From a virus: DNA of 64,000 nucleotides. This document shows positions 19,172 to 29,175 of this stretch, one piece after another. The notes beneath the pieces were generated by a model. That model was not told the DNA's origin. It made no database searches and was given only the letters and a program-made list of their open reading frames with translations. Where the stretch lies: positions 11,374-75,373 of IMG/VR virus record IMGVR_UViG_3300045999_009338. The stretch is one strand, 5' to 3'. A program made the translations under genes and the position numbers. Position 1 is the stretch's first letter; each line of letters starts with the position of its first letter.

Positions 19172-19390
19172 CTAGCGTTCAATCTCTAGATTACGGACTC
19201 TGTTTTCCATCTCGCTCATCTTATCCGTGAGAGTGGAAAGCTTTTCTGTGACGGTTTCAATTTGTACGGCCACTCTTGCTTGCTGAGTGCCCACTGCAAT
19301 GAGCATAGCTCCAGTTGATAGAAGCATGCCAGCCGTAATAGTGGCTACGAAATTTGCAAGGCCGTCCTTGAAACTGTCCATAGCCATCAA
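19172..19390 (-). CDS. Membrane protein with coiled coil (lysis-associated)
   Basis: One hydrophobic helix followed by a heptad tail ending RVRNLE. Confidence 0.5.
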   Translation of the reverse strand: MMAMDSFKDGLANFVATITAGMLLSTGAMLIAVGTQQARVAVQIETVTEKLSTLTDKMSEMENRVRNLEIER

Positions 19391-19467
19391 TCAATACCAT
19401 CATTCTATAGAAAATTCACGAGACATTATTTAGCGTTAAACTAAGGTCAAGACAATTTAATAGTGCC

Positions 19468-19950
19468 ATGCCAAGAGCGAATGGTCCTGATGAGCTGCTT
19501 TATTCTCTCATTGAACTTCGCCCTGGTGACGCAAAACGTAGGTTCCGCAAGAGCATTTTTGAAGACTATTTCTTGAGGGGGCCATTCGGGCAATGCGCTT
19601 GTGCATATTGCGGAGAATGGAAAGAAAAGCTTACGATTGATCACATTGTTCCCAAGAGCAAAGGAGGCCCCCATTTCAGTCGTTGGAACATGCTTCCTGC
19701 ATGCAAGGCCTGTAATCTTAAGAAGGGCAGTCTTCCAATGCTTGAGTGGTGGCGAGTGCAGCCATTTTGGACGGAAAAGCGAGAAGAAATTGTGATGGCA
19801 TGGGTGTATTGCAATAGCTTTGTTAGTGCTCACACTGATCAGAAGGAACTTGAAGCATGGTGCGAGAAGAAAGGGATTGTGCTGCCGCTGCATCAAACAA
19901 TTGAGCATGAAAAAGCCCCCTTATGGGGGCTTTGTTGCAATGCTGCTTAG
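19468..19950 (+). CDS. HNH endonuclease
   Basis: CAYCG...[12 protein letters not shown]...N..PACKACN..K. Confidence 0.9.
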   Translation: MPRANGPDELLYSLIELRPGDAKRRFRKSIFEDYFLRGPFGQCACAYCGEWKEKLTIDHIVPKSKGGPHFSRWNMLPACKACNLKKGSLPMLEWWRVQPFWTEKREEIVMAWVYCNSFVSAHTDQKELEAWCEKKGIVLPLHQTIEHEKAPLWGLCCNAA

Positions 19951-20294
19951 TCTTCTACTGGGGCGAAAGTAACTTGCCTGCCGGGAAGATCGTAGCGAAT
20001 GCCTGGCATGGGACAGAATCCTCCTTCGCATTGTTGAGAAGCGTTCTCAAGAGCTTCAACTGCTTCTTGCTGTGGCTCATTTTCCATATTAAAGATGAGA
20101 AGGTCAAGGTACCAGCTTGCTTTCTTCAAATCCTCCAAACCATTCTTGTCTTCATAGCGCCAAACATATTTGATGATATTTCCCTTTAGGAAACCCCTAA
20201 AGTCGTCTTTGTCCATTGAGGCTTCGATGGCCTCAATGCATTCAATGCCGCCATTTTTGGCATAATGACGGGGATGGTTTACGGCGTCAGTCAT
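19947..20294 (-). CDS. DUF3310 (T7 gp1.7-like nucleotide kinase family) protein
   Basis: VNHPRHY...IECIEAI...GNIIKYVWR...[12 protein letters not shown]. Confidence 0.85.
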   Translation of the reverse strand: MTDAVNHPRHYAKNGGIECIEAIEASMDKDDFRGFLKGNIIKYVWRYEDKNGLEDLKKASWYLDLLIFNMENEPQQEAVEALENASQQCEGGFCPMPGIRYDLPGRQVTFAPVED

Positions 20295-21001
20295 TAGAAG
20301 GAAGATTGGTGAAGATCAAAAGCCTCGAAGGCTTCTTTGAACAATGGACGGGCAAGAGAGGTAAGCGCTTGAGCATAGGCTTGAATTTCGCCTTGACTGT
20401 CAGCCTTGTCTCGCAATGAAATGAAATGCAACAAAGCTTGCAGGCTACAGGTCCAGGTGAAGGACGTATAAGTGGACATCGGCAGAATGCCCCGTGCCTG
20501 CTCTTTGCTCACTCCAAGCGTCAGCAACGCCTTGTAAGCCTGCTTGGTTTGCTCTAGAGCCTTGGCGTATTCGATCATCGCCACTTGGTTCATGCTGGGC
20601 TCCAGAGGTCCACTAGAGGCCTGTTTGTTGCTGGGGCTTTGCTGGCGGAATTCACGAGGCATGTAGTATGCCTCCTCGTCTGCTTCGCAGTAGCGGAAGC
20701 TTTTCTCGTTCCAGCCAAGCGTGTCATTGGCGAACGTGCCGCCAATCACATGCTTCCACCATTGCCGACAGACGAAGAGCGGAGCTTTTACTTGCCATTT
20801 GGTGACCACGCCGCGGAACGGACTGGTGTGCTGATGCTTGACAAGATAGTTCAGCAGCTTCTGGTCCTTTTCAGACCATTCGCTGCTGGTTTGATCAAAG
20901 CTTTGCCGAGCATCGCAAACAATGTCAAGGGAGCTTCCCATCCAGTCGATGAGACGCACCATGCTGATGCCATCCATCAGCGGATCAATCTGATTCATCA
21001 T
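20294..21001 (-). CDS. thyX: Flavin-dependent thymidylate synthase
   Basis: HTSPF, RQWWKH...NEKSFRY, EQARGILP, FISLR and QGEI motifs. Confidence 0.9.
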   Translation of the reverse strand: MMNQIDPLMDGISMVRLIDWMGSSLDIVCDARQSFDQTSSEWSEKDQKLLNYLVKHQHTSPFRGVVTKWQVKAPLFVCRQWWKHVIGGTFANDTLGWNEKSFRYCEADEEAYYMPREFRQQSPSNKQASSGPLEPSMNQVAMIEYAKALEQTKQAYKALLTLGVSKEQARGILPMSTYTSFTWTCSLQALLHFISLRDKADSQGEIQAYAQALTSLARPLFKEAFEAFDLHQSSF

Positions 21002-21207
21002 TCAGCCTTGTCAGTGGCAATGAGAAAGCGAAAAGTGGCGACAATCAGCACCCAATTCCAAAAAACCAAAGAAACGCTAGGAAACAAGAGGCCAGCGCAA
21101 ATGCTCACAAGCCATGCTCGCAGACACAACATTCCAAAAGCTACAAGCAACACGGCTGCAGTTTTAGAGATGTCTTGAAGCAAATCGTCAGTTGCCTTGG
21201 TAAGCAT
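20998..21207 (-). CDS. Small membrane protein
   Basis: Two hydrophobic segments; overlaps its neighbours in the operon. Confidence 0.5.
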   Translation of the reverse strand: MLTKATDDLLQDISKTAAVLLVAFGMLCLRAWLVSICAGLLFPSVSLVFWNWVLIVATFRFLIATDKAE

Positions 21208-21514
21208 TGGTGATCAGCGAGAGTGGCCGAAGTCGTTGCAAACTGATTGTAGGAGCAATGTTCGTAGCTGAATGCCAGCGTACTCGTGCCTTTTTGGCTG
21301 GTCCGCTTGCATCAAAGCCTTCAATGGTGCCAACAATGGAAGAGGGCATCCACCCTGCTGCCGTACGTTGTACGTACACAACGTCCTGTCCTGGAAGCCA
21401 TTCATGGTTGCGAGGCGTGCGAGGGAGCTTGTAAGGACGGTAGCCCGTCCCGCATTTTACGGCATTCTTCCCATCGTCCACCCGATAAACAAACTGCTTG
21501 CCAAATCGCTGCAT
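21188..21514 (-). CDS. Hypothetical protein (SH3-like)
   Basis: PGQDVVY...GTIEG...RVRW pattern. Confidence 0.45.
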   Translation of the reverse strand: MQRFGKQFVYRVDDGKNAVKCGTGYRPYKLPRTPRNHEWLPGQDVVYVQRTAAGWMPSSIVGTIEGFDASGPAKKARVRWHSATNIAPTISLQRLRPLSLITNAYQGN

Positions 21515-21544
21515 GGCTAGGCTAAACGAAACAATGCAAGGACA

Positions 21545-21919
21545 ATGAGCACTTTCTCCATTCCAATCGGCCTAAAATACAATGGTCAAGATTGTATTGG
21601 CGTTATGGGGCCTTTTGAACGGAGCATGGAGCGAGACTTCGCTCTCGTTGCGAATAAGAAGGCACTGAGTGAATGCAATGACATTGACAAGCTGCGTGAA
21701 GTGGCTTGCACAATGATGGAAGGTTGGAGCAACATGCAAGAAGCAGTGACTGCTTTGGTTAAGGAAAATCTTGAGCTGCGTCAAGCCATGCAGCTTCAAG
21801 AGCGCGATCTAGAAGCCGCCGATCAATTGCTTGGTGAAGCGGCTGAAGCCGTTACGCGCTTCGCAGAAAAGCAGCAATCTGCTCAAGCCAAAAAGTTTCC
21901 TTGGCCGTTTGGGTGGTAA
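21545..21919 (+). CDS. Helical protein with a possible NblA-like segment
   Basis: SMERDFAL...DIDKLREVACTMMEGW resembles the NblA helix-loop-helix pattern; weak. Confidence 0.35.
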   Translation: MSTFSIPIGLKYNGQDCIGVMGPFERSMERDFALVANKKALSECNDIDKLREVACTMMEGWSNMQEAVTALVKENLELRQAMQLQERDLEAADQLLGEAAEAVTRFAEKQQSAQAKKFPWPFGW

Positions 21920-22214
21920 GAAGGAAGACTTTCCAGCCGCCGATGGTGGCAAGATTAAACTTGCGGGCATCACGCTCGTAACCTGAGCCAGTTACATGCC
22001 TTCCGCGACTGAAGGTGCCTCCTTGAATTTCAATGAGAGAGCGAGAAGGAAGATGCGCAAAGTCGGCTCTATAGCGTTTGGAGCGCTTGCTCTTGGCGTA
22101 GCGCTCTTGAAAATCCATCTCCCAAGTCTCGACGTCGCTGTATTCCCTAATCAATGGAAGATCAGGAAACCGTGCTTGCCACAGTCCGAGAAATTGATCT
22201 TCAAGAGCACTCAC
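21852..22214 (-). CDS. Vsr/DUF559-like endonuclease (possible resolvase)
   Basis: SALE, YRADFA, IEIQGG...GRH, D..KFN.A...GWKV. Confidence 0.75.
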   Translation of the reverse strand: MSALEDQFLGLWQARFPDLPLIREYSDVETWEMDFQERYAKSKRSKRYRADFAHLPSRSLIEIQGGTFSRGRHVTGSGYERDARKFNLATIGGWKVFLLTTQTAKETFWLEQIAAFLRSA

Positions 22215-22217
22215 TGA

Positions 22218-22802
22218 TCAGACGGCAGCAAACGTTACGTTAGCGCCTTGGTTTTGATACTTGCCATCCCCATAGTCACTTCGTGAGTCTTCATTGAGAC
22301 GAACGAACATGACTTGCACGATCCCTTCATTGGCATAGATGCGAACGGGAAAAGCCAGGGGATTAACAATACAAATAGTGAGATGGCCAGACCAGCCAGG
22401 CTCAATTGGCGTAACGTTAATGATCGTACCTTGTCGAGCATATGTGCTCTTGCCGTCAGTGATCCCCATAATGTTAGACGGCATTGTCAGGAGTTCCACA
22501 CTCACGCCAAGAGCGTAGGAGAACGGCGGTAGCACGAAGAACGTAGAGCCATTCTCCTCAATGGGAGAAGCCTCGTACATCAGTTCCTTGTTGAAGGCCT
22601 TCACATCCAATGCCTCCACTGGGGAGTTATTGTTGATGACCATGAAGCCTTTCGGGGAAAGGCTCAAATCGTATCCGGCATGGCTGAGTCCGTATGAGAG
22701 CGCTTTAGTGCCATTTGGAAGCTCTCTGGTTTTCTCTCCAACAAAAGGAAAAATAATATCATTTTCAGCAAGAATGCTGATTTCCTTGTCATTAAGAAGC
22801 AT
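22218..22802 (-). CDS. dcd: dCTP deaminase
   Basis: SYGLS.AGYD, GKSTYARQG, TPIEPGWSG, YANEGIVQ, GKYQNQ. Confidence 0.92.
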   Translation of the reverse strand: MLLNDKEISILAENDIIFPFVGEKTRELPNGTKALSYGLSHAGYDLSLSPKGFMVINNNSPVEALDVKAFNKELMYEASPIEENGSTFFVLPPFSYALGVSVELLTMPSNIMGITDGKSTYARQGTIINVTPIEPGWSGHLTICIVNPLAFPVRIYANEGIVQVMFVRLNEDSRSDYGDGKYQNQGANVTFAAV

Positions 22803-22869
22803 GGCTTTAGAAAAAGAAAGGGGCTCTTAAGAGCCCCGTTTTCAAGAAAAGAAAAGCTTTAAGAAACGA

Positions 22870-23139
22870 TCAAAAAGGATCGTCAGAGAAGCTTTGCTTA
22901 GCTTTATTGCCGTTGTCCCACATCGAAGCGTATGCCTTGGGAGAGTTGTCAAGCTTGTTGACAGTCACTTGCCCTTTGAAATGAGGAGCAGTGTCCTTGT
23001 CGCGCTTGTCATTGTCCCAAAGAGCAAAACGCAGGGAATAGTTTCCTTGGGGGTTGGTACCAGCTTTCTTCATGGCATTGAGAATATCGGGGGTGAGATC
23101 GACAGTGCCAGAGAAAGCGGGAGAATTGCCAGCGGGCAT
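22870..23139 (-). CDS. Single-stranded DNA-binding protein-like
   Basis: P.FSG / PHFKG motifs and acidic C-terminal DDPF tail, in the recombination module. Confidence 0.55.
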   Translation of the reverse strand: MPAGNSPAFSGTVDLTPDILNAMKKAGTNPQGNYSLRFALWDNDKRDKDTAPHFKGQVTVNKLDNSPKAYASMWDNGNKAKQSFSDDPF

Positions 23140-23210
23140 TGAGTGGTCCTCAGAGGAGTGTAGTAGGCCCTGGGAGGGGCATCAGAAGCATAGCGCTATG
23201 GACAGAGGAG

Positions 23211-24011
23211 TCAAGCCCCACGGTCCATAGAAATTGTTAAGGGGCGTCCACCTGGGTAGTAGTCAAAGAAGAACTGCTGCACCTTCTGCACCATGATGCC
23301 TGCCTGCATAGCAAGCTCCGCTGCCGAAAGGCTTACAACTTGCGCTTCCTGACCAGCTCCCGTGTCGGGATCGTAAATGGCAATGGCGCAATGTGCTTCA
23401 TTGACTTCGATGTCATACATCTGTTCAATGGCTTGCACGTAGGCGCCAAGCTGCATGCGATAGTCGGCTAGCTGTGTATCAGGCTTTGCCTTGTAGCTCG
23501 TTTTCCAATCCAGCAGCGCATAAGCGCCGCTGTTCATTTTGGCGAGCATATCGAAGGTACCTGAATAGCCAATTTCTTGTGCAGGATCATACCAAGCAAT
23601 GGCACTTTCAACGAGCAGCGGACTATCTACGCGCTCAAGAAAACCAACGATGCTTTCAAAATAAGGCACGTAGTTTTCGTGAGAATCCAAATGCGTTTGG
23701 ATATCTTCGCCGTTCCAGAAATCTTCTAGAACACCGTGAAGCCAATTGCCTCGATCCACTGCATTACGAGTGCGACGATTAGCCTCTTCATCCCCGACTT
23801 TCCTTCGCCAATTCATGAGAGCCGCAATCTTGCCAGGCGATGAACACGCGCTCGCAATAGTTGTCACAGAGGGCAAAACACACCCTGCGGGAACATTGGG
23901 AAAATCGTCGCAGACGTAGTAGCGCTTCTTGTTCAGTTGGAGCCGGTTGGGTTCGTAGCGGGGAAACGCTGGCATTTGAAGAGAGGCAAGGCATAGATCG
24001 TAACAAGCCAC
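23211..24011 (-). CDS. PD-(D/E)XK exonuclease
   Basis: PSVTTI, RGNWLH..LE, YSGTFD, LLDWKTS, QLGAY. Confidence 0.85.
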   Translation of the reverse strand: MACYDLCLASLQMPAFPRYEPNRLQLNKKRYYVCDDFPNVPAGCVLPSVTTIASACSSPGKIAALMNWRRKVGDEEANRRTRNAVDRGNWLHGVLEDFWNGEDIQTHLDSHENYVPYFESIVGFLERVDSPLLVESAIAWYDPAQEIGYSGTFDMLAKMNSGAYALLDWKTSYKAKPDTQLADYRMQLGAYVQAIEQMYDIEVNEAHCAIAIYDPDTGAGQEAQVVSLSAAELAMQAGIMVQKVQQFFFDYYPGGRPLTISMDRGA

Positions 24012-24013
24012 TT

Positions 24014-24223
24014 TCAGTCATGATTCCTGATGTGAGAATCAATGTCGTATTGCGTGTCCTCTATTGCGCGCCGAAGTTCAATGATGTCACTCTGAAACTC
24101 CCCTAAAACATTAAACAGCCTTTCAATGCTCAAGCCGTTTTCTTTCATCAAGCATTTCGCCATTATTCGCCCATCGGGAGAAAGCGCGTCAGACGCAAGG
24201 ACTATTTCTTTGTTAGGTTTCAT
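24014..24223 (-). CDS. Hypothetical protein
   Basis: Tightly packed ORF in the operon. Confidence 0.45.
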   Translation of the reverse strand: MKPNKEIVLASDALSPDGRIMAKCLMKENGLSIERLFNVLGEFQSDIIELRRAIEDTQYDIDSHIRNHD

Positions 24224-24570
24224 TTTTCGTTCATGTCCCAGAAATAGTCGCAGCCTTCTTCATCGCATGGAGGCGCAGCGAAATAGCTCTGCCAGCGACT
24301 TGCAGGCGCCATGTAGCGCCAACAATTTTCTTTAATAGGGCATTCGCCCCCCAAGCACATCGCAATGTCAGGCATGAGAATAGTTCGAGCAGTTTGACGG
24401 AGGAATTGCTTATCAACCAAAGGATGATTAGCAACGGTCTCAAGAACAGCAGCAATGCGACGATCACTGCTAAGCGTGTCTTCAGGAAAGCTCCAGAACG
24501 CTTCATGACAAGCATCAATCAGAGAGCGACGATTCTGCACGCTTCTCTTCCATTGTTTCGTATTCTTCAA
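24220..24570 (-). CDS. Cys-rich hypothetical protein
   Basis: MPDIAMC...CPIKENCWRY...CDYFW, a common phage Zn-binding miniprotein. Confidence 0.5.
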   Translation of the reverse strand: MKNTKQWKRSVQNRRSLIDACHEAFWSFPEDTLSSDRRIAAVLETVANHPLVDKQFLRQTARTILMPDIAMCLGGECPIKENCWRYMAPASRWQSYFAAPPCDEEGCDYFWDMNEK

Positions 24571-24778
24571 CCATGGTTGCCATTGCAGCCATTATCGAAA
24601 CCTCGAAGAAACCACAGGCCAAAACAAATTGCTTGAAATGCTCAGTAATTTCAGGGCAGTAGATGTTGTGGAACGAATAGGAAACCTTTGTTTCTCCTTC
24701 TTCGTAAAGAAAAGTGAAGCGGCTCATGGGAGAATCAGCGAAAGGATAGCCAGAATTGATAGGGCAATGATCAGGCAT
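24515..24778 (-). CDS. Hypothetical protein (start probably at MSRFTF)
   Basis: ORF in the operon; EHFKQFVLACGF motif. Confidence 0.45.
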   Translation of the reverse strand: MPDHCPINSGYPFADSPMSRFTFLYEEGETKVSYSFHNIYCPEITEHFKQFVLACGFFEVSIMAAMATMVEEYETMEEKRAESSLSD

Positions 24779-24915
24779 GTGAAGGTAACGAGAAGGAACA
24801 GGCCAAGAGGATCATTCGCCAAATAGGGCGGGAGGAAGCTCAGTAATGGGAATGGCATCATCATCAATGCAAACTGCTCCAGCAAAGGCCCGCGCTAAGC
24901 GGGCCGCTGCCAGGT

Positions 24916-25893
24916 CTATTGCTTTTTTGCTACGAAAGCTTTCATGCCTTCAATAATGGCGGCAGTATCTTCAAGGCCGCGCACGACATTGATTTCTTCA
25001 GTCATTTCAGCTTTGCTGATGACAATCTGCTCCTGCTTGGCCCATAGCGTCATCATTGCTGCGACGACGTTTCCGAAGGCTTGCCAGCTTTTGACTTCCG
25101 TGGCGCGAGCAAGTCCAATGCTTTCAAGAGCAGCTTTGCCTGCAGCCATAGAAGCTTTCTCGTCGGCATAGTTCAACGGATTGGCTTTGCAAACTGCTGT
25201 GAGAGCTGCTTTTGCGTCGAAGGGCTCGGCGGACCCTGTATCGGCGGCGGCAGTAGCCCCTTCCGCTCCAGCATCAGAAGTGCCACCAGAAGCTGCCGTC
25301 GCATCCTTCTTGGCCGCACGAGCAGGCTTTGGGACATCTTGCTGCAGCGCCGGCTTCGGCGCTTCTTCTTTGGGGATGTCCTCTCCGGCATAGAGCCGAA
25401 GACCAAGCCCCGTGAACGTAGCGATGGCCTTAACGCTCGCACGTTGGATGTTGTCGCTAATGGCACGACCATCAAGCTGCTGAATGGAATTGTGCTTCCT
25501 GTCCATCACAGGGAACACGAGAGCAGGCGTGCGACGCACGCCGTCTGTGAGGTAGGGACGAAGGATGAAAGCGCCAGGCTCGCCAAATACGGGCCAGCCA
25601 ATAGTCTTCTCTTCAAAAGCTACGAAGAGCGTCGGGAAATGCTCCTTCAGGTAGCGGAAAGCAAAAGGCCACGACAGGTAGGAAAGGCCTTTGTAGTCCT
25701 TTTCAATGTGAGGCCCGATGTCCGGCGTATCGTAAGCAGCGCGAAATGCTTCGGCGCTAATTTCGAGCGGAGTGAACATGCCAAGAGAGCGTTCAATCAT
25801 TGCTTGTTTTGCGGGATCTTCCATGCTGGAAAAGTCGGACGGGGAATAAGTGAGAATGGCGTGGTTCATTCTTCTGGGAAGGCAAAATGCCAA
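24916..25893 (-). CDS. Sak3-like (DUF1071) single-strand annealing protein
   Basis: GLSYLSW..A, PVMD..N, QRA.VKAIA...GLGL.LYAGED. Confidence 0.85.
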   Translation of the reverse strand: MAFCLPRRMNHAILTYSPSDFSSMEDPAKQAMIERSLGMFTPLEISAEAFRAAYDTPDIGPHIEKDYKGLSYLSWPFAFRYLKEHFPTLFVAFEEKTIGWPVFGEPGAFILRPYLTDGVRRTPALVFPVMDRKHNSIQQLDGRAISDNIQRASVKAIATFTGLGLRLYAGEDIPKEEAPKPALQQDVPKPARAAKKDATAASGGTSDAGAEGATAAADTGSAEPFDAKAALTAVCKANPLNYADEKASMAAGKAALESIGLARATEVKSWQAFGNVVAAMMTLWAKQEQIVISKAEMTEEINVVRGLEDTAAIIEGMKAFVAKKQ

Positions 25894-26057
25894 TCAAGAA
25901 GATATTCTTCGCTTTCCTTATCAAAGGAAAGCCGTAAGTCAAGCACGAGCACTCCAGTGTCAGAAAGAAAGCAATCAAGACAATGAATCACATCATGATC
26001 CATTTCTTTCATCCGAGCAGAAAGCTCAGACGTTGTGAGATTGGGAAAGTCTGTCAT
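25866..26057 (-). CDS. Hypothetical protein
   Basis: Acidic ORF in the operon. Confidence 0.4.
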   Translation of the reverse strand: MTDFPNLTTSELSARMKEMDHDVIHCLDCFLSDTGVLVLDLRLSFDKESEEYLLDWHFAFPEE

Positions 26058-26323
26058 GACAAAGAAGCCACGGTCTTGTAGCCGAAAGGCTGATATTCGC
26101 CATACATGATGACAAACATCTTGGAAGGCATTTCGCTTTTGACAATCAAGCTATCACCAGGAAGGGGCCAATCATTGATTGCTCTCACGTCAGTGGGCTC
26201 TTCCAGGAGGTCAGCGCTGTAATTGTCTGTAAGTACGCCTTCTTCCCAGAGGAGCTTCACTTCAGTATCAGCATGCTCCAGAAGAAACTCTTCACAGGCA
26301 AATTTAAGCTGAGAAACTTTCAT
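26054..26323 (-). CDS. Hypothetical protein (MKVSQL...)
   Basis: N-terminus similar to the upstream neighbour. Confidence 0.45.
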   Translation of the reverse strand: MKVSQLKFACEEFLLEHADTEVKLLWEEGVLTDNYSADLLEEPTDVRAINDWPLPGDSLIVKSEMPSKMFVIMYGEYQPFGYKTVASLS

Positions 26324-26325
26324 GA

Positions 26326-26595
26326 TCAATTTCCGCAAAAAATAACACCAAAGAAGCTTCGGCAAGATTTTTTATCTTGCTTTTGATCTTCTTCGTCCAT
26401 GGAAAAGCCTGGCAGCGGATTTTCCCCTCCATTCAAAACGCGAAACTTAATGGCATTCATGTCATCTTCTTTCTCAACGTCAAAGGCATAGTCTTTGTCG
26501 TAAGAGCCAATTTCAATGTCGCCATATGTATCAATTGCCTTTTGCAATTGCTTAATCAGCATTGAAGCCTTCATAATCCTCGATTTCAGAAACAA
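26326..26595 (-). CDS. Hypothetical protein (MKASMLIKQLQKAIDTYGD)
   Basis: Common phage miniprotein N-terminus. Confidence 0.45.
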   Translation of the reverse strand: MFLKSRIMKASMLIKQLQKAIDTYGDIEIGSYDKDYAFDVEKEDDMNAIKFRVLNGGENPLPGFSMDEEDQKQDKKSCRSFFGVIFCGN

Positions 26596-26797
26596 TGGAG
26601 TGGTCTTCTACTAAAGAGAAGGCGCCATCAGACAGCACTGCATTGCCTTCCCATGGAGAAGTGGTGCGAATGAGGCGTTCAACAGTCTCGCTGAGGCTTA
26701 GCCGTGCTTCATGCGCAATGTTTTTGAGATGGCCGTAGGCGGTGTCAGTGATGGTGAAATGGCGGCTCTTCTTCAGCTCGCCATGGTCAATGGTCAT
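26552..26797 (-). CDS. Ribbon-helix-helix DNA-binding protein
   Basis: KSRHFTITDTAYGHLKNIAHEARLSLSETVERLIR; first gene of the leftward operon, divergent from the primase. Confidence 0.6.
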   Translation of the reverse strand: MTIDHGELKKSRHFTITDTAYGHLKNIAHEARLSLSETVERLIRTTSPWEGNAVLSDGAFSLVEDHSIVSEIEDYEGFNAD

Positions 26798-27004
26798 AAA
26801 ACAGAGGGCCGAGAAGGTAACCAATGCTGAAACCGATGATGGCGGCCAGCAATAGCTCCATGGTTTTGCCTTGCGAGGGACATGGCCAATATAGCCGGTA
26901 TGGCCAGCCCGTCAAGGCTTGAAGCCAAAGCTTGTATGAAGAATTGTTAATGCCTTGCAGCAACAGGATTCTGGTGCTAGAACACCCCCATCTCACCATC
27001 GCCC

Positions 27005-29062
27005 ATGGCTTTTTCCATCCTCGAACACCTCGCCAAACTGGAGCCGAGCGACCATGCAGGCAAATACATCTGCCCTGCATGCGGTGGCAACGATCTGTCC
27101 GTGAACGAAGGGAACGGAGCATACAACTGCTTCAATGACGACAGTCCGAAGCATCGTGCAGAAATTCGTAACATTCTTGCGCCGCTAGAACGCTGGGAGC
27201 GTCCCATGCGTGAAGCGAGGCGCTATTCGTTCCCCTATCAAAACCGCAATCGCGAAGATGTGATCATCGTCACGCGAGACGATAGTTCTGGGAAGAAAAG
27301 CATTTCTCAGGACTATCCCACTGCAAACAATGCCAATGGGAAGCGTTCTGAAATTGTCAAGCAGTTACGGAAGAACATTCTTCCCTATCGCTATTACGAT
27401 GCCATTGAAGCATCAGCAGCTTCAGGCCTCCCTATCTTCATTGTTGAAGGTGAACTCACTGCTGATAGGCTCTGGGAAATCGGCCTGCCCTCTAGCACAT
27501 TTCTTGGTGGTAGCGGACAATATCGTGCCAATGGCGACTATTCGCAACTGTTTCGTGGGCAGAAAGTAGTCCTTTGCCCCGATCGTGACGAGCCTGGCGT
27601 GGCTCTCATGAAGGAAGTGGCTGCAGACAATCCCAATGCGCAATGGTGCTATGCAGAACCAAGTAGCTTTGAATGGGACAATCTGCCTCAGAAAGGAGGT
27701 TATGACTTAGCTGATTGGCTGGATGATGGGGCCGATCAAGACGCCATTCTTTCCTCCATCGTTTCAAAGGATAGGCACGAAGGTAAAGACGGGCTTCCTT
27801 CTTACGAGGAGATTATTGGCACGTTCGAGCGCATGGTTGGTCTCTACAACAACGATGCTCGCATTGCCTATGAAGCTCGCCAGTGGATGGACGCTCATGG
27901 CGTCAAGCTGAATTCACAAGAGATTGACAAGCTGCTTTCTGAAGCACGCGGTCGCGTGCATGGCAAAGAGGAGATGGAAATCCTCGATGCAAAAGCCATC
28001 GCGCAATCTGAAGACTCAAGGAAGTGGACCATTGCCGGCATTCTTCCTGAAAGTAGCGTAATGCTGCTCGCTGCAGCTCCTGGTAGCGGCAAAAGCACCA
28101 TTGTCTACAACTGGGCGCTGCACGTTGCCACTGGCAAAGACTGGAGCAATCGTCGTTGCAGGAAAGGGAAAGTGCTCATCATTCAATGCGACGAGCCCGT
28201 TGTTGATGCCGCAGAAAAGCTGCAAATTATTGGCTACGACGATGACGCTTTGAGCAATGGTCAAATTGATTTCATTGATCGCTGGCGCTTTAGCAACATC
28301 CCACAGCTCCTTTCCTACGTACAGCGCCATCAGCCTCAGCTCATCATGATCGACAGTCTCACTTCATGCCTAGCCGGTATGGACGTAGATCTCATTCGTT
28401 CTGATGCTGGCAATTGCATCTACGAACTACGGGACATTGCCAATCAATATGGTTGCTCCATTGTCATCCTTCATCATTTGAACAAAAGTGGTGGCATTCG
28501 TGATAGCTCCAGCTTTGAAGCCAACGTTAGTGAAGTGGTGAAATTGTATCGCACTGACAACAATCCTGATTCAACGCAGTTCATGTTTGAATGGACCAAG
28601 AGCCGTAGTGGCTTAGCCGGCAAGCATTTTATGCAGCGTGATCCCGCCACTTATGGCTGGTATTACAAGGGGCCTGCAGTGGGTGGCAATGAAAGCATGG
28701 ACAATCTTGTCAACATGCTCAATTCTCGCAAGCACGAACGTTTTGACAGGAAGAGCGCTGCTCATGCTGCTGGGGCATGGGACGATGTGAGCATCGGGCG
28801 CCTGTTGGAAGTGGCACGTCGTCAAGGTCTTATTGACACCAGCTTCATTGTTGGTCCCAATGGCGAGCGTACCAGGATGTATCAAAGCTGGGCCTATGAA
28901 GCCCCTGACATTGATTTTCAGGCAACGCCAACTTTCACGAAAGTTGAAAATCAGGCGAATGAAAATATTCCCGAGCAGGAAGAGGCTCCTCAGAATGAGC
29001 CTGTTTCTGCTGCTGCCAATGAAAATCTTCCCGAAGGGGAAGATGATGATGAGTGGTTCTGA
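27005..29062 (+). CDS. Primase-helicase (Zn finger, TOPRIM, RepA-like AAA helicase)
   Basis: CPACGG; IVEGE...DRDEPG; Walker A APGSGKST; IDSL; HHLNK. Confidence 0.9.
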   Translation: MAFSILEHLAKLEPSDHAGKYICPACGGNDLSVNEGNGAYNCFNDDSPKHRAEIRNILAPLERWERPMREARRYSFPYQNRNREDVIIVTRDDSSGKKSISQDYPTANNANGKRSEIVKQLRKNILPYRYYDAIEASAASGLPIFIVEGELTADRLWEIGLPSSTFLGGSGQYRANGDYSQLFRGQKVVLCPDRDEPGVALMKEVAADNPNAQWCYAEPSSFEWDNLPQKGGYDLADWLDDGADQDAILSSIVSKDRHEGKDGLPSYEEIIGTFERMVGLYNNDARIAYEARQWMDAHGVKLNSQEIDKLLSEARGRVHGKEEMEILDAKAIAQSEDSRKWTIAGILPESSVMLLAAAPGSGKSTIVYNWALHVATGKDWSNRRCRKGKVLIIQCDEPVVDAAEKLQIIGYDDDALSNGQIDFIDRWRFSNIPQLLSYVQRHQPQLIMIDSLTSCLAGMDVDLIRSDAGNCIYELRDIANQYGCSIVILHHLNKSGGIRDSSSFEANVSEVVKLYRTDNNPDSTQFMFEWTKSRSGLAGKHFMQRDPATYGWYYKGPAVGGNESMDNLVNMLNSRKHERFDRKSAAHAAGAWDDVSIGRLLEVARRQGLIDTSFIVGPNGERTRMYQSWAYEAPDIDFQATPTFTKVENQANENIPEQEEAPQNEPVSAAANENLPEGEDDDEWF

Positions 29063-29146
29063 CTGTCTCGCAATAGGAGGGAGGCTTTAGCGCGGCCTCC
29101 CTGCTGCCTACCGTAGCGAGCAGCTTTCTTCAGTATAAGCCAATAA

Positions 29147-29175
29147 GAAAGGGGCCTAATGGCCCCTTTGTTTTA
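29147..29175. terminator. Bidirectional terminator
   Basis: AAAGGGGCC-TAAT-GGCCCCTTT. Confidence 0.7.
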
